DNA of 64,000 bases from Candidatus Nanopelagicales bacterium (lineage in GTDB: Bacteria; Actinomycetota; Actinomycetes; S36-B12), in NCBI GenBank assembly GCA_040398845.1, contig JBBATH010000002.1:75559-139558 (forward strand). Direction: 5' to 3'. This document shows, piece by piece, positions 8,305 through 16,831 of the stretch. Both the position numbers and the translations under genes were made by a program. Below the pieces are notes generated by a model. That model did not search any database, had not been told where the DNA came from, and saw nothing but the letters and a program-made list of their open reading frames with translations. Each line of letters begins with the position of its first letter. Position 1 is the stretch's first letter.

Positions 8305-9222
8305 CTAGGGCGTGTCTCCAATGTTGAGCGGGTGTGAGGCCTGATCATGGTGATAGGTCACGTACCGCTGTTCTTTCTGAGGAGATGTGGGCTCGTATTG
8401 AGCCGTCGCTGCCTCCAGTGAAGGGGGAGATGGGCAGGCCGATGCGGTCTGAGAACCGCACGCTGATTGAGGGGTAGATCTAGCGTCTTCGAACGGGGTG
8501 CGCGTGGCGTGATCTGCCAGCGGAGTTCGGGCCGTGGCAGACGGTCTGGAAGCGTCACGCTCGCTTCTGCAAGGACAGGACGTGGGACGCGGTCCTGATC
8601 GCTGTCCAGGCCGAGGCGGATGCCAAGGGGGAGATCGCCTGGAATGTGTCGGTCAACTCCACGATGGCCCGTGTTCACCAGCATGGGGCTACTGCTCCGA
8701 GGTCTGACGTGAAGGTCACCGCTCACACAGGGGGCTCGGTCGAATGACAAAGCATCGCTGGGTAGCGGGAACGAACCGAACGATCACGCCATCGGTCATT
8801 CCCGGGGTGGCCTGACGACCAAGACCCATGCACTGGTCAACGGCCGTGGGCTGCCGCAGGTCCTGATCCTGACGACCGGCAATGCGAGTGATTCTCCTGC
8901 GCTGCCAGTGCTGCTGAACCAGCTCCGGATCCCGCGCTGCGGCCCTGGCCGGCCTCGGACAACCCCGGACGCGTTGCGCGGTGTCGAAGCTTACTCGACC
9001 AAGGCCCACAGCGAGAACAAAGGCTGCCGCGGTGGCCAGCCGATCGGCTTCGACCCCGAGGACGACAAGAACCGCAACCTCATCGAACGCGCCTCCAACA
9101 AAGCAAACACTGGCGCCGACTCGCGACCCGCTACGACAAGCACGCATTCATCTACAGAGGCGGCATGGTCCTCGCATCATCCATTCTGTGGCTCACCGTC
9201 TGAGTTCGGAGACACGCCCTAG
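8305..9222 (+). mobile_element. Complete-ended but decayed IS5-family / IS427-group-like insertion sequence (918 bp)
   Basis: Perfect 15-bp terminal inverted repeats: ctagggcgtgtctcc (8305-8319) and ggagacacgccctag (9208-9222), with CTAG at both junctions. The transposase frame has at least 3 in-frame stops (LIEG*I*, GGSVE*). It also has a late frameshift, where QSKHWRRLATRYDKHAFIYRGGMVLASSILWLTV reads in another frame. The segment between KAHS and RGG is shortened. Confidence 0.85.
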
Positions 9223-9306
9223 GTGAGTTCCCGACACCACTACCGCAACAGGTGGGGGGAACGGACGGGACTGCGGCGTCTAGTTGGCGGCGTACGATTT
9301 CGCGCT

Positions 9307-9882
9307 ATGGGCGACAACGCGGGGTCCACGTCTCGCAGCATCGGGGATGTGCGTTGGGCAGTCATTGTCAACGGCCCACCGGGTTCTGGGAAGACCACGA
9401 CTGCTCACGCGCTTGCGGCGGTGCTGCGGCTCCCCGTGTTCTCCAAGGATGCGGTGAAGGAAACGCTGCTCGACGGGTTGGGCTACGCGAGCCGTGAAGA
9501 TTCACGCGCCATCGGCGCGGCGAGCGGCGAAGTCGTCTGGACGCTGCTGCGGGACTGCCCGACACCTGCCATCGTGGAGTCCTGGTTGGCACCCCACACG
9601 CGAGACATCGTTCGCGCGGGCCTGCGTCGAGCGGCAGTCGAGAGGGTCATCGAGGTGTGGTGCTCCTGTCCATTCGACGAGAACCGACGCCGATACGCCG
9701 AGCGCGAGCGCCATCCGGGGCACTACGACGTCGCACTGCTCCCCGAGTTGGACGAGGTGCTCCGGACCGCTGAACCTCTGGGTCTTGGCGAAGTCCTCCG
9801 AGTGGAGACCGACCGCGACCTGGACGCAATGGGCTTGGCGCGGTCTGTTCTGGCTGCCGCCCGGCTAGAACCGCAAGGCTAA
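9307..9882 (+). CDS. P-loop NTPase / AAA_33-like kinase family protein
   Basis: Walker A VIVNGPPGSGKTTTAHAL. About 190 aa from MGDNAGS. The longer 9223 start begins at the IS junction, so it is unlikely. Confidence 0.6.
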   Translation: MGDNAGSTSRSIGDVRWAVIVNGPPGSGKTTTAHALAAVLRLPVFSKDAVKETLLDGLGYASREDSRAIGAASGEVVWTLLRDCPTPAIVESWLAPHTRDIVRAGLRRAAVERVIEVWCSCPFDENRRRYAERERHPGHYDVALLPELDEVLRTAEPLGLGEVLRVETDRDLDAMGLARSVLAAARLEPQG

Positions 9883-10029
9883 GCGCCCAGCGAAGGGAGC
9901 GCGCAAGGCCGCCGACATCGAGCTCCGCCCTACCGCTGTCCAACACACCTACCGCTACCAGCTCCGCAGGCCGGCAGGGTGACGTCGCTCCTGTCGTGCC
10001 CGGTTCCTTGCGTGAACGCGATCGTCGGG

Positions 10030-10443
10030 ATGCTGGCCCTGCTCGAGTCCGACTTTAGGGTGCGTCTGGTAAGCGGCGAAGGAAGCGAACGTGTCCTCCC
10101 ACCGCAGATGAAGGTGATTCTCCGCCGAGCAGGCGAGATCATGGGTCAGGGCCACGACGTCGATGTGCTCGACGCCAGCAGTGAAACGCTCACTCCGAAC
10201 GAGGCGGCAGACCTCATCGGAATCAGCCGGCCCACCCTTCTCAAGCTCATCGATGAGGGAGTGCTCACGGCGACCAATGTTCCTGGGAGCTCGCATCGCC
10301 GTCTCGACCGCCTTGAGGTTGAGGCTTTCCGGGACAGCCGCCTCGAGATGCAGCCCGGTCTCAACGCCGCCGCTGCCGAGGCAGGCGCGACTGGGCTCTT
10401 CACTCGTCTACCTCGCAAGGCCCGGGCGCGGAACGGTCGGTAA
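10030..10443 (+). CDS. helix-turn-helix (excisionase/MerR-like) antitoxin of a PIN toxin pair
   Basis: RVRLVSGEGSERVLPPQMKVILRRAGEIMGQGHDVDVL...TLTPNEAADLIGISRPTLLKLIDEGVL...HRRLDRLEVEAF matches the HTH antitoxin family that precedes PIN toxins in actinobacteria. Its stop overlaps the next ATG (TAATG). Confidence 0.65.
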   Translation: MLALLESDFRVRLVSGEGSERVLPPQMKVILRRAGEIMGQGHDVDVLDASSETLTPNEAADLIGISRPTLLKLIDEGVLTATNVPGSSHRRLDRLEVEAFRDSRLEMQPGLNAAAAEAGATGLFTRLPRKARARNGR

Positions 10444-10927
10444 TGAGCCGCCGGGTCGTCGTCTACGCCGACACGAACGTCCTGTACCCGTACTACATCT
10501 CCGACCTGCTGCTATGACTGGCGTCAGACGGGGTCAGACGGAGGCGACTCACCCGCGACGTTGGGCGAGACGAGAGGTCCGTGCACAGCCAGTCGGACGC
10601 GGCTCGCGCGCACCTCAAGCGCGGGCGAGGGTGAGCGAGGCCCAATGGCGGACGAAGATGAGGCTCACCACTGGACCGGATGCCGATGACCACCCTCACC
10701 AGGCTGCGGCCATCTGCGCGCGGGCCGACTACCTCCTGACTCACGACAGCAGGGGATTCCCTGTTGGTCCCTTGCGCGAACAGGGTGTCACCGTCACGAG
10801 TGTGGATGACTTTCTCTGCGGCATCTTGGCCGAGCAGCCGGATGACGTCCTAGACACCGTGCAGAGTCGGGCCAGAAGCCTGAAGCAGCCACCGATGACT
10901 CTCGAGCGTTACCCAGGGAAGCACTGA
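10443..10927 (+). pseudogene. PIN-domain toxin, disrupted
   Basis: Opens MSRRVVVYADTNVLYPYYISDLLL, then hits an in-frame TGA. The family C-terminus (DADDHPHQAAAICARADYLLTHDSRGFP...VDDFLCGIL...SLKQPPMTLERY) is readable only in another frame, inside track ORF 10163..10927. Confidence 0.65.
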
Positions 10928-11356
10928 TTTCCCTATCCCTACTCATCCCCAAGGTTTTCACTTGAGTCATATCCACCGTGAATCCCGATGAGTTATGCAC
11001 TCACGAGGGACTCGTCGGGATTCGGGGTGGATCTGTCCGAATCGGCGCTCACTCGACTCACCACGCATGCCCGGAAACAGCCTGCGCGGCAAACAGCCTG
11101 ATGATCAGCGCTTCCCTAGAGGCTCTCGCGCTGCCAGCCCCTCGGTTCGCCGAACTGGTTGACCACGCATCGGACACTCACCTGTCCCGACTCGTTCGAC
11201 TACTCGTGCGTCTGCGCAAAATATCCAAATAAAGGCACGACGCCACCAGCGCCGCTTTGTGGAGTCAGTTTCGTGCGGCAGGTGCTCTATCTCGTAAACC
11301 TGAGCCACCCATGGGCTACGGTCCTTTATGCAGGCTGCGCGAAGGGAGGACCGGTC

Positions 11357-11974
11357 ATGAAGCATCGGACGACGGCTGGACTGATCGCGGCTACGGCCCT
11401 CTTGGGCAGCATTGCTACTGTCGTGTCAGCGTCTGCAGCCCCGGTGGGCGAGTTCACCACCTCCAACCAGATCGACGGAAGTTCGACTCCTCTCGGTATC
11501 GCGAAGAGCGCTGACGGGAGCATGTGATGCGCCCAGTGGGGCGGCAACAGCATCGGGCGCATCACCCCGGGCGGGGTGGTCACGAAGCACGCGGTGCCCA
11601 CCCCAGGTGTGGACCCGATGGGGATCGCGGCTGGTCCGGACGGGGCAATGTGGTTCACGGAGCGTGTTGCATCTCGGATTGCCTCGGTGGGCACAGGAAG
11701 GTGCAGGTCGGTGACGGCCCGTGTTACCGGCCGGACTGAGGTCGGCTCGACATTGCGGTGTGCGCTCGCCAACAATTCGGGATGGACGATCGCGGCAACC
11801 TCCCAAGTCTGGCTCAGAAACGGTGCGGTGATCCCGAGAGCAAATGGGCGAACCTACGTCGTCAAGGGCCAAGATGCAGGCAAGAACCTCACGTGCCAAG
11901 CGACGGTTACATTCAGTCCAGCGTTGAACCAGATGGGTGCCCAGTCCAAGACAAGGCCGATCGGCCACAGGTAG
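11357..11974 (+). pseudogene. secreted Vgb/NHL-like repeat protein with a single in-frame TGA (paralog of 25936..26448)
   Basis: RBS gaagggagga and a signal peptide (MKHRTTAGLIAATALLGSIATVVSASA). The TGA at 11525-11527 interrupts ...SADGSM*CAQWGGNSIGRI, and the same frame continues through 11974. The stop sits where the repeat motif has Trp (GPDGAMWF later in this protein, GPNGAMWF in the paralog). Confidence 0.7.
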
Positions 11975-11998
11975 TCCCTTTGGTTGCAATGCTGGGAC

Positions 11999-13237
11999 CT
12001 ACGTCTTCCCGCTGGGCCAGTCACGGTCAGGAGCGGCACCTGGTGCCGGCAACGTGACGCCGGCTTCGAGGTCGGCGAGGAGGTCAAGCAGGCCGGTGGC
12101 TTCCCAGGTGCGGTTGCGCTTGCCTTGCGACGCCCGGGTGAGCACGCCCGCGGATTCAAGTTGGAGGAGGGCGTCGTTGACAACGGCCTTGGTTCGCCCG
12201 GTGGCGGCCACCGCGACGGGGCCGGAGATCATGGGGTGCGCGGGCATGACATCGATGAGAGCCCAGGCTACGGAGTCCGCGCGCGGATTCGCGGCCGTGC
12301 CAAGCATCGCCCGCCACTGGTCCTGGAGGGCCTCCACCCGCGCGAGGTAGCGGCTGGCCAGCCCCGCGGACTGGGCAGTCGCCGCGGCGAAGGTCGTCAG
12401 CCAGGCGTCCACGTCCCCGCGCGCATAGGCGTCCAGCCCCGCGATGTAGGCGCCCGTGTCGCCAGCGAGCACGACGCTGATCGGCGGCACGTACATCGGG
12501 GTCAGCCCACGCCGCCGGAGCACGACGTGGATAAGGGCCCGGCCGATGCGTCCGTTGCCGTCCAGGAACGGGTGGATGACCTCGAACTGAGCATGCACCA
12601 GGCCGGCCTGGATCACCGGCGGCAGCGCCACATCGTTGATCGAAGCGCACAGGTCCTCCAGCAGTCGTGGGACCTCCTGCGGCGGTGGTCCCACGAAGCT
12701 GGCCCCGCACGGGTTGTAGTTGTTCCCGCCGATCCAGATCTGCTCGGTGCGCACGACGCCGGCGACGTGGGCGTTCGCGACCGTAGCCATCAGCGCGGCG
12801 TGAATGCTCACCAAATCGTTGAGCGTCACCGCGCTCGAACTGGTGGCATGGTCGATGGCGAGCTCCATCGCGTCGATGTTCGCCAGGATCTCCGCCGCCG
12901 TGGATCCGACCTTCCGCCCAGTCTCGAGCCGCGCCTCCGCACGCGCCAGGTCGCGGGCGTCGACCTGCATGCCCTCCACCTTCGAGGATGCGATCGACTC
13001 CGTGCGCAGCAGCAGCCGGGCCAGCGGCGGCAAAGCAGGCAGGGCGCGCGCATTCAACCGGTGGACGGCAGTCTCCGCATCGGATACCACCCCCACCAGG
13101 TCCGCTGAAAACAGCTCGTCGAAATCGGACAGCTCGTGAGGAACGAACGACTCGTAATGGCAGGCACGCCGGAACCTGGGCGGCGCATACCGAGCAGGGT
13201 CGTACTCCCACGCCCGACGCACCAGAGTGCCGCGCAT
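11999..13237 (-). CDS. Fic family protein (AMPylase-type) with N-terminal inhibitory helix and C-terminal wHTH
   Basis: Fic motif HPFLDGNGRIGRAL. Upstream motif SSKVEG fits (S/T)xxxE(G/N). 412 aa. Confidence 0.85.
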   Translation of the reverse strand: MRGTLVRRAWEYDPARYAPPRFRRACHYESFVPHELSDFDELFSADLVGVVSDAETAVHRLNARALPALPPLARLLLRTESIASSKVEGMQVDARDLARAEARLETGRKVGSTAAEILANIDAMELAIDHATSSSAVTLNDLVSIHAALMATVANAHVAGVVRTEQIWIGGNNYNPCGASFVGPPPQEVPRLLEDLCASINDVALPPVIQAGLVHAQFEVIHPFLDGNGRIGRALIHVVLRRRGLTPMYVPPISVVLAGDTGAYIAGLDAYARGDVDAWLTTFAAATAQSAGLASRYLARVEALQDQWRAMLGTAANPRADSVAWALIDVMPAHPMISGPVAVAATGRTKAVVNDALLQLESAGVLTRASQGKRNRTWEATGLLDLLADLEAGVTLPAPGAAPDRDWPSGKT

Positions 13238-13374
13238 ATCCCCGACTCACTGAACCACATCGAATGTATTAGTACTCAAACCATACTATGGAGATTCCTC
13301 AGACACCATGCGCGACGGTAACCGGTGCCCACCCACGAAGCGTCACGACCCCGTGGCACTGAACACCACCCGGG

Positions 13375-13461
13375 GTGGAGAACTCGCTGACGGACGCCGG
13401 CCGCGCCTTCGAACCGGTGCTCGCGGCACTTTCCCGCTGGGGTCGCACCCACACCTTCTAG
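13375..13461 (+). pseudogene. C-terminal remnant of an HxlR-type winged-helix regulator
   Basis: VENSLTDAGRAFEPVLAALSRWGRTHTF* resembles the HxlR C-terminus (VEYsLTe.G..L.pvl..L..Wg). A stop lies immediately upstream in this frame, so only about 28 codons remain. Confidence 0.35.
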
Positions 13462-13467
13462 ACGGAG

Positions 13468-14226
13468 CTAGTCGGCGTTCTTCTCATAGAGCAGCCGCAG
13501 GCCGAGCAGGGTGAGATCTGGCTCATGATGGGTAATGGTGAGCGACTCAGGGACCACGATCGGTGCGAGACCACCGGTCGCGACAACCGCGGTCACGTCG
13601 CCAAGCTCCTCGATGATCCGGTCGACAAGTCCGTCGACCTGTCCAGCAAAGCCATAGAGCGCGCCGGACTGGAGCGCCTCGACGGTGTTCTTGCCGATAA
13701 CCGACTTGGGTCGGACGAGCTCGACCTTGCGAAGTTGCGCGGCGCGCTGGGCGAGTGCATCAAGGGAGATCTCGATCCCCGGAGCAAGAGCGCCGCCGAG
13801 GAACTCTCCCTTCGCCGACACGACATCGAGGTTCGTTGAGGTCCCAAAGTCGACAACGATGCATGGCCCGCCGAAAAGATGGTGGGCCGCAATCGTATTG
13901 ACGATGCGATCGGCACCCACCTCCTTGGGGTTGTCGGTGAGCACCGGCACGCCGGTCTTGATCCCCGGCTCGACGATGACCGTCGGAACATCGTCGAAAT
14001 ACCGTCCGAGCATCATCCGCATCTCGCGCAGCACAGCCGGGACTGTGCTGCACAACACGATCCCGGTGACCGGCTCCTGATCGGCGAGGAGTCCGCGAAA
14101 GGTGAGGACCATCTCGTCGGCGGTCGTGCGGGCATCGGTCTTGATGCGCCAGGAATTCAGGAGGATGTCGCCGTCGAAGAGACCCAGGACAGTGTTCGTG
14201 TTTCCGACGTCAATCGCGAGCAGCAC
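13468..14226 (-). CDS. coaX: type III pantothenate kinase
   Basis: MLLAIDVGNTNTVLGLF..., DFGTSTN, ATGGLA motifs. 252 aa. Confidence 0.9.
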   Translation of the reverse strand: MLLAIDVGNTNTVLGLFDGDILLNSWRIKTDARTTADEMVLTFRGLLADQEPVTGIVLCSTVPAVLREMRMMLGRYFDDVPTVIVEPGIKTGVPVLTDNPKEVGADRIVNTIAAHHLFGGPCIVVDFGTSTNLDVVSAKGEFLGGALAPGIEISLDALAQRAAQLRKVELVRPKSVIGKNTVEALQSGALYGFAGQVDGLVDRIIEELGDVTAVVATGGLAPIVVPESLTITHHEPDLTLLGLRLLYEKNAD

Positions 14227-15114
14227 TCACGTCTCCTGTCGTAGGTCGGCGCCAATGTCGAGCACCGGCGCTGAGTGGGTGAGTGCGCCGACCGCGATGT
14301 AGTCGACTCCTGTCGCCGCGACCTCCGCCGCGTTCATGAGGTTCAGGCCGCCCGACGCCTCAAGCCGGGCGCGTCCGGCGGTCCGCTCGACCGCAATGAT
14401 CATTTGGGCGGACGTGAAATTGTCAAGCAATACGAGGTCGGCTCCCGCCTCGAGCACCTCGTCCAACTGCTCCATCGAGTCGACTTCGACCTCTACCGGG
14501 ACATCGGGAAAAGCCCGCCGCACGGCCTCGAACGCCGCGGCAACCCCGCCGGCTGCGAGCACGTGGTTGTCCTTCACCAGTGCAGCATCAGACAGTGACA
14601 TTCGGTGATTCTGCCCCCCACCGCACCGCACCGCGTACTTCTCAAGCCGGCGCATGCCGGGTGTGGTCTTTCTCGTATCGCGGACGGCAGCCTTCGTCCC
14701 GACGACGGCATCAGCCCACGCCCTCGTCAGGGTGGCGATGCCGCCGAGGTGGCCGAGCATGTTCAAAGCCGGGCGTTCTGCCCGGAGAAGCTCGTGGGTG
14801 AGCCCGGTCACCGAAATAAGGACGTCGCCCGGCTCGACCCGGTCGCCATCGCTCGCGCCGAACATGATCTCGAGGTCGTCGTCGCCGCTGACCGCCATGA
14901 ACACTGCTGCTGCAACAGGAATCCCCGCCGCAATGCCAGCCCCGCGGGCCACGAGGTCCAAGGTGGCGCGCTGACCCGGCGGGACTGTCGCCACAGTCGT
15001 GACGTCGACTCCGCCGTCAAGATCCTCCTCGATCGAGGCGAGAACCAACGACTCGAGGGCTTTGGGATCAAGCTGCGCATCCTCGAGCATGCGCGACACC
15101 GTCGCACCGAACAT
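14227..15114 (-). CDS. nadC: nicotinate-nucleotide diphosphorylase (carboxylating)
   Basis: TRKTTPGMRRLEKYAVRCGGGQNHRMSLSDAALVKDNH. The start is trimmed to Met-29 of the track ORF to clear the nadB stop at 15152; the exact start is uncertain. Confidence 0.85.
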   Translation of the reverse strand: MFGATVSRMLEDAQLDPKALESLVLASIEEDLDGGVDVTTVATVPPGQRATLDLVARGAGIAAGIPVAAAVFMAVSGDDDLEIMFGASDGDRVEPGDVLISVTGLTHELLRAERPALNMLGHLGGIATLTRAWADAVVGTKAAVRDTRKTTPGMRRLEKYAVRCGGGQNHRMSLSDAALVKDNHVLAAGGVAAAFEAVRRAFPDVPVEVEVDSMEQLDEVLEAGADLVLLDNFTSAQMIIAVERTAGRARLEASGGLNLMNAAEVAATGVDYIAVGALTHSAPVLDIGADLRQET

Positions 15115-15151
15115 TGATGAGGCCGTCACATTTGACCTGCGTCGGGCAGCA

Positions 15152-16831
15152 TTATTCGGGTCCTCCGATGGGCTCGGTTCTCGTGTGCAGCGCACCATTC
15201 TCGTCGATCGAGGTCACGAGCCGGGTTTGCCACCGAGCATCATCGCGCTCGGGGAAGTCCTCGCGCCAATGGGATCCCCTCGTCTCCTCTCGGAGCAGTG
15301 CATGACGAGTGAGGACGCAGGCGAGGGCGTGGATGTTCGTTGTCTCCCAGTCCTCCGTGCACGGCCTGGCCCCAGCCACAGTCGAGAGTGGCCACAACTC
15401 CCCCTCGGCGAGGTCGAGCGAGGCCTGGCTGCGCAGGACACCAACATGCTCGTCCATCGTCTGCTGCATGGCACGCCGGACGCTGTGAGGCAGCAACCCG
15501 GGACGCTGTCGGCCCACGGCTGGATCGCGAACAATCGCCTCGGTTCCTGCGAGCACCTCACCGATCCTTCCTGCGAATACCAACCCCTCGAGTAGTGAAT
15601 TCGATGCCAGCCGATTCGCGCCGTGTACCCCCGTGCACGCGACCTCGCCGCACGCAAACAGGCCGGGGATCGAGGCCCGACCCCAGTGATCGGTACGGAC
15701 CCCACCCGACACGTAGTGCTGCGCTGGCGCGACTGGAATGAGATCTGTTACCGGATCGATGCCACGCGTGCGACATGACTCGAGGATTGTTGGGAACCGG
15801 CTGATCCACATGTCGGCACCGAGGTGTCGCCCATCAAGCCACACATGGCTCGATCCTGAGGCCCGCATGCGACGCATGATCGCCTTCGCGACGACATCGC
15901 GAGGAGCGAGATCGGCCATCGGGTGCACGGCCTCCATGAACCGGGTACCGTCGATGTCGCGAAGGCAGGCGCCCTCGCCGCGGACAGCTTCTGAGACGAG
16001 GGGCTGCTGTCCCTGGGCCAGCGGTCCGAGCCACATGACGGTCGGATGGAACTGCACGAATTCAAGATCGGCGATCTCGGCGCCCGCCCGCATCGCCACG
16101 GCAACACCGTCGCCCGTTGAGACGTAGGGATTCGTCGTCTGACCGAAGACCTGACCAAACCCACCGGTCGCGAGCACGACATTCGGTGCGAGCGCCGCAC
16201 CGACGCCGCCGCGCTGGCCGGTGCCCATGACGTGCAGGGTGACGCCCTGCGCAGCACCGGTGCTGTCGAGGAGCAGATCGAGCACGAGGGCATTCTCGAC
16301 GAGCTCGATTCCGGCGTCGCGTGCGACCGCAGCGACAAGCGCCCTGGAGACCTCGGCCCCGGTAGCGTCACCACCTGCGTGCGCGATCCGGTCATGATGG
16401 TGGCCACCCTCACGGGTCAGTGAAATCGCACCGGTGGCATCGGTGTCGAATCGGGCGCCGAGTGCGATGAGCTGCCTGAGCGCCGGCGGCCCTTGGGTCA
16501 CGAGGATCCGGACTGCCTCCTCATCACACAATCCGACGCCTGCAACGAGGGTGTCGGCGAGATGCTCCTCGGGAGAGTCGTCGTCGGCGAGCGCGGCGGC
16601 GATGCCACCCTGCGCCCACTGGGTCGAGCCCTCGCTCACGCGGGCCTTCGTCACGAGCAGAACGGTCTTGCCGGCTGCACGAGCATGAAGGGCGGTCGTA
16701 AGGCCGGCGATGCCCGAACCTACGACGATGACATCTGCTCTTGTGGTCCACCCCGGCTCATCAGCGGAAAGCCTCGTCGGGATAAGTGCCGATGCGCTCA
16801 ACTCAGGCACGCCACCATGGTGATTGTTCAT
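15152..16831 (-). CDS. nadB: L-aspartate oxidase
   Basis: FAD motif DVIVVGSGIAGL; flavoprotein core HYVSGGVRTD and ACTGVHGANRLASNSLLE. 559 aa. Confidence 0.9.
   Translation of the reverse strand: MNNHHGGVPELSASALIPTRLSADEPGWTTRADVIVVGSGIAGLTTALHARAAGKTVLLVTKARVSEGSTQWAQGGIAAALADDDSPEEHLADTLVAGVGLCDEEAVRILVTQGPPALRQLIALGARFDTDATGAISLTREGGHHHDRIAHAGGDATGAEVSRALVAAVARDAGIELVENALVLDLLLDSTGAAQGVTLHVMGTGQRGGVGAALAPNVVLATGGFGQVFGQTTNPYVSTGDGVAVAMRAGAEIADLEFVQFHPTVMWLGPLAQGQQPLVSEAVRGEGACLRDIDGTRFMEAVHPMADLAPRDVVAKAIMRRMRASGSSHVWLDGRHLGADMWISRFPTILESCRTRGIDPVTDLIPVAPAQHYVSGGVRTDHWGRASIPGLFACGEVACTGVHGANRLASNSLLEGLVFAGRIGEVLAGTEAIVRDPAVGRQRPGLLPHSVRRAMQQTMDEHVGVLRSQASLDLAEGELWPLSTVAGARPCTEDWETTNIHALACVLTRHALLREETRGSHWREDFPERDDARWQTRLVTSIDENGALHTRTEPIGGPE

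Noticed and set aside
11525-11527. In-frame TGA considered as programmed recoding (selenocysteine or Trp reassignment)
   Set aside because: TGA is used as an ordinary stop by many well-defined genes in this window. No hairpin resembling a SECIS follows. The paralogous motif calls for Trp, one transition away, so a nonsense mutation is the simpler explanation.
11984-13250. Long ORFs 11984..13108 (+, 374 aa) and 12156..13250 (-, 364 aa)
   Set aside because: Both are alternative frames of the Fic gene region. They have low-complexity R/G/P/A-rich translations without motifs, whereas the 11999..13237 frame carries the Fic signature.
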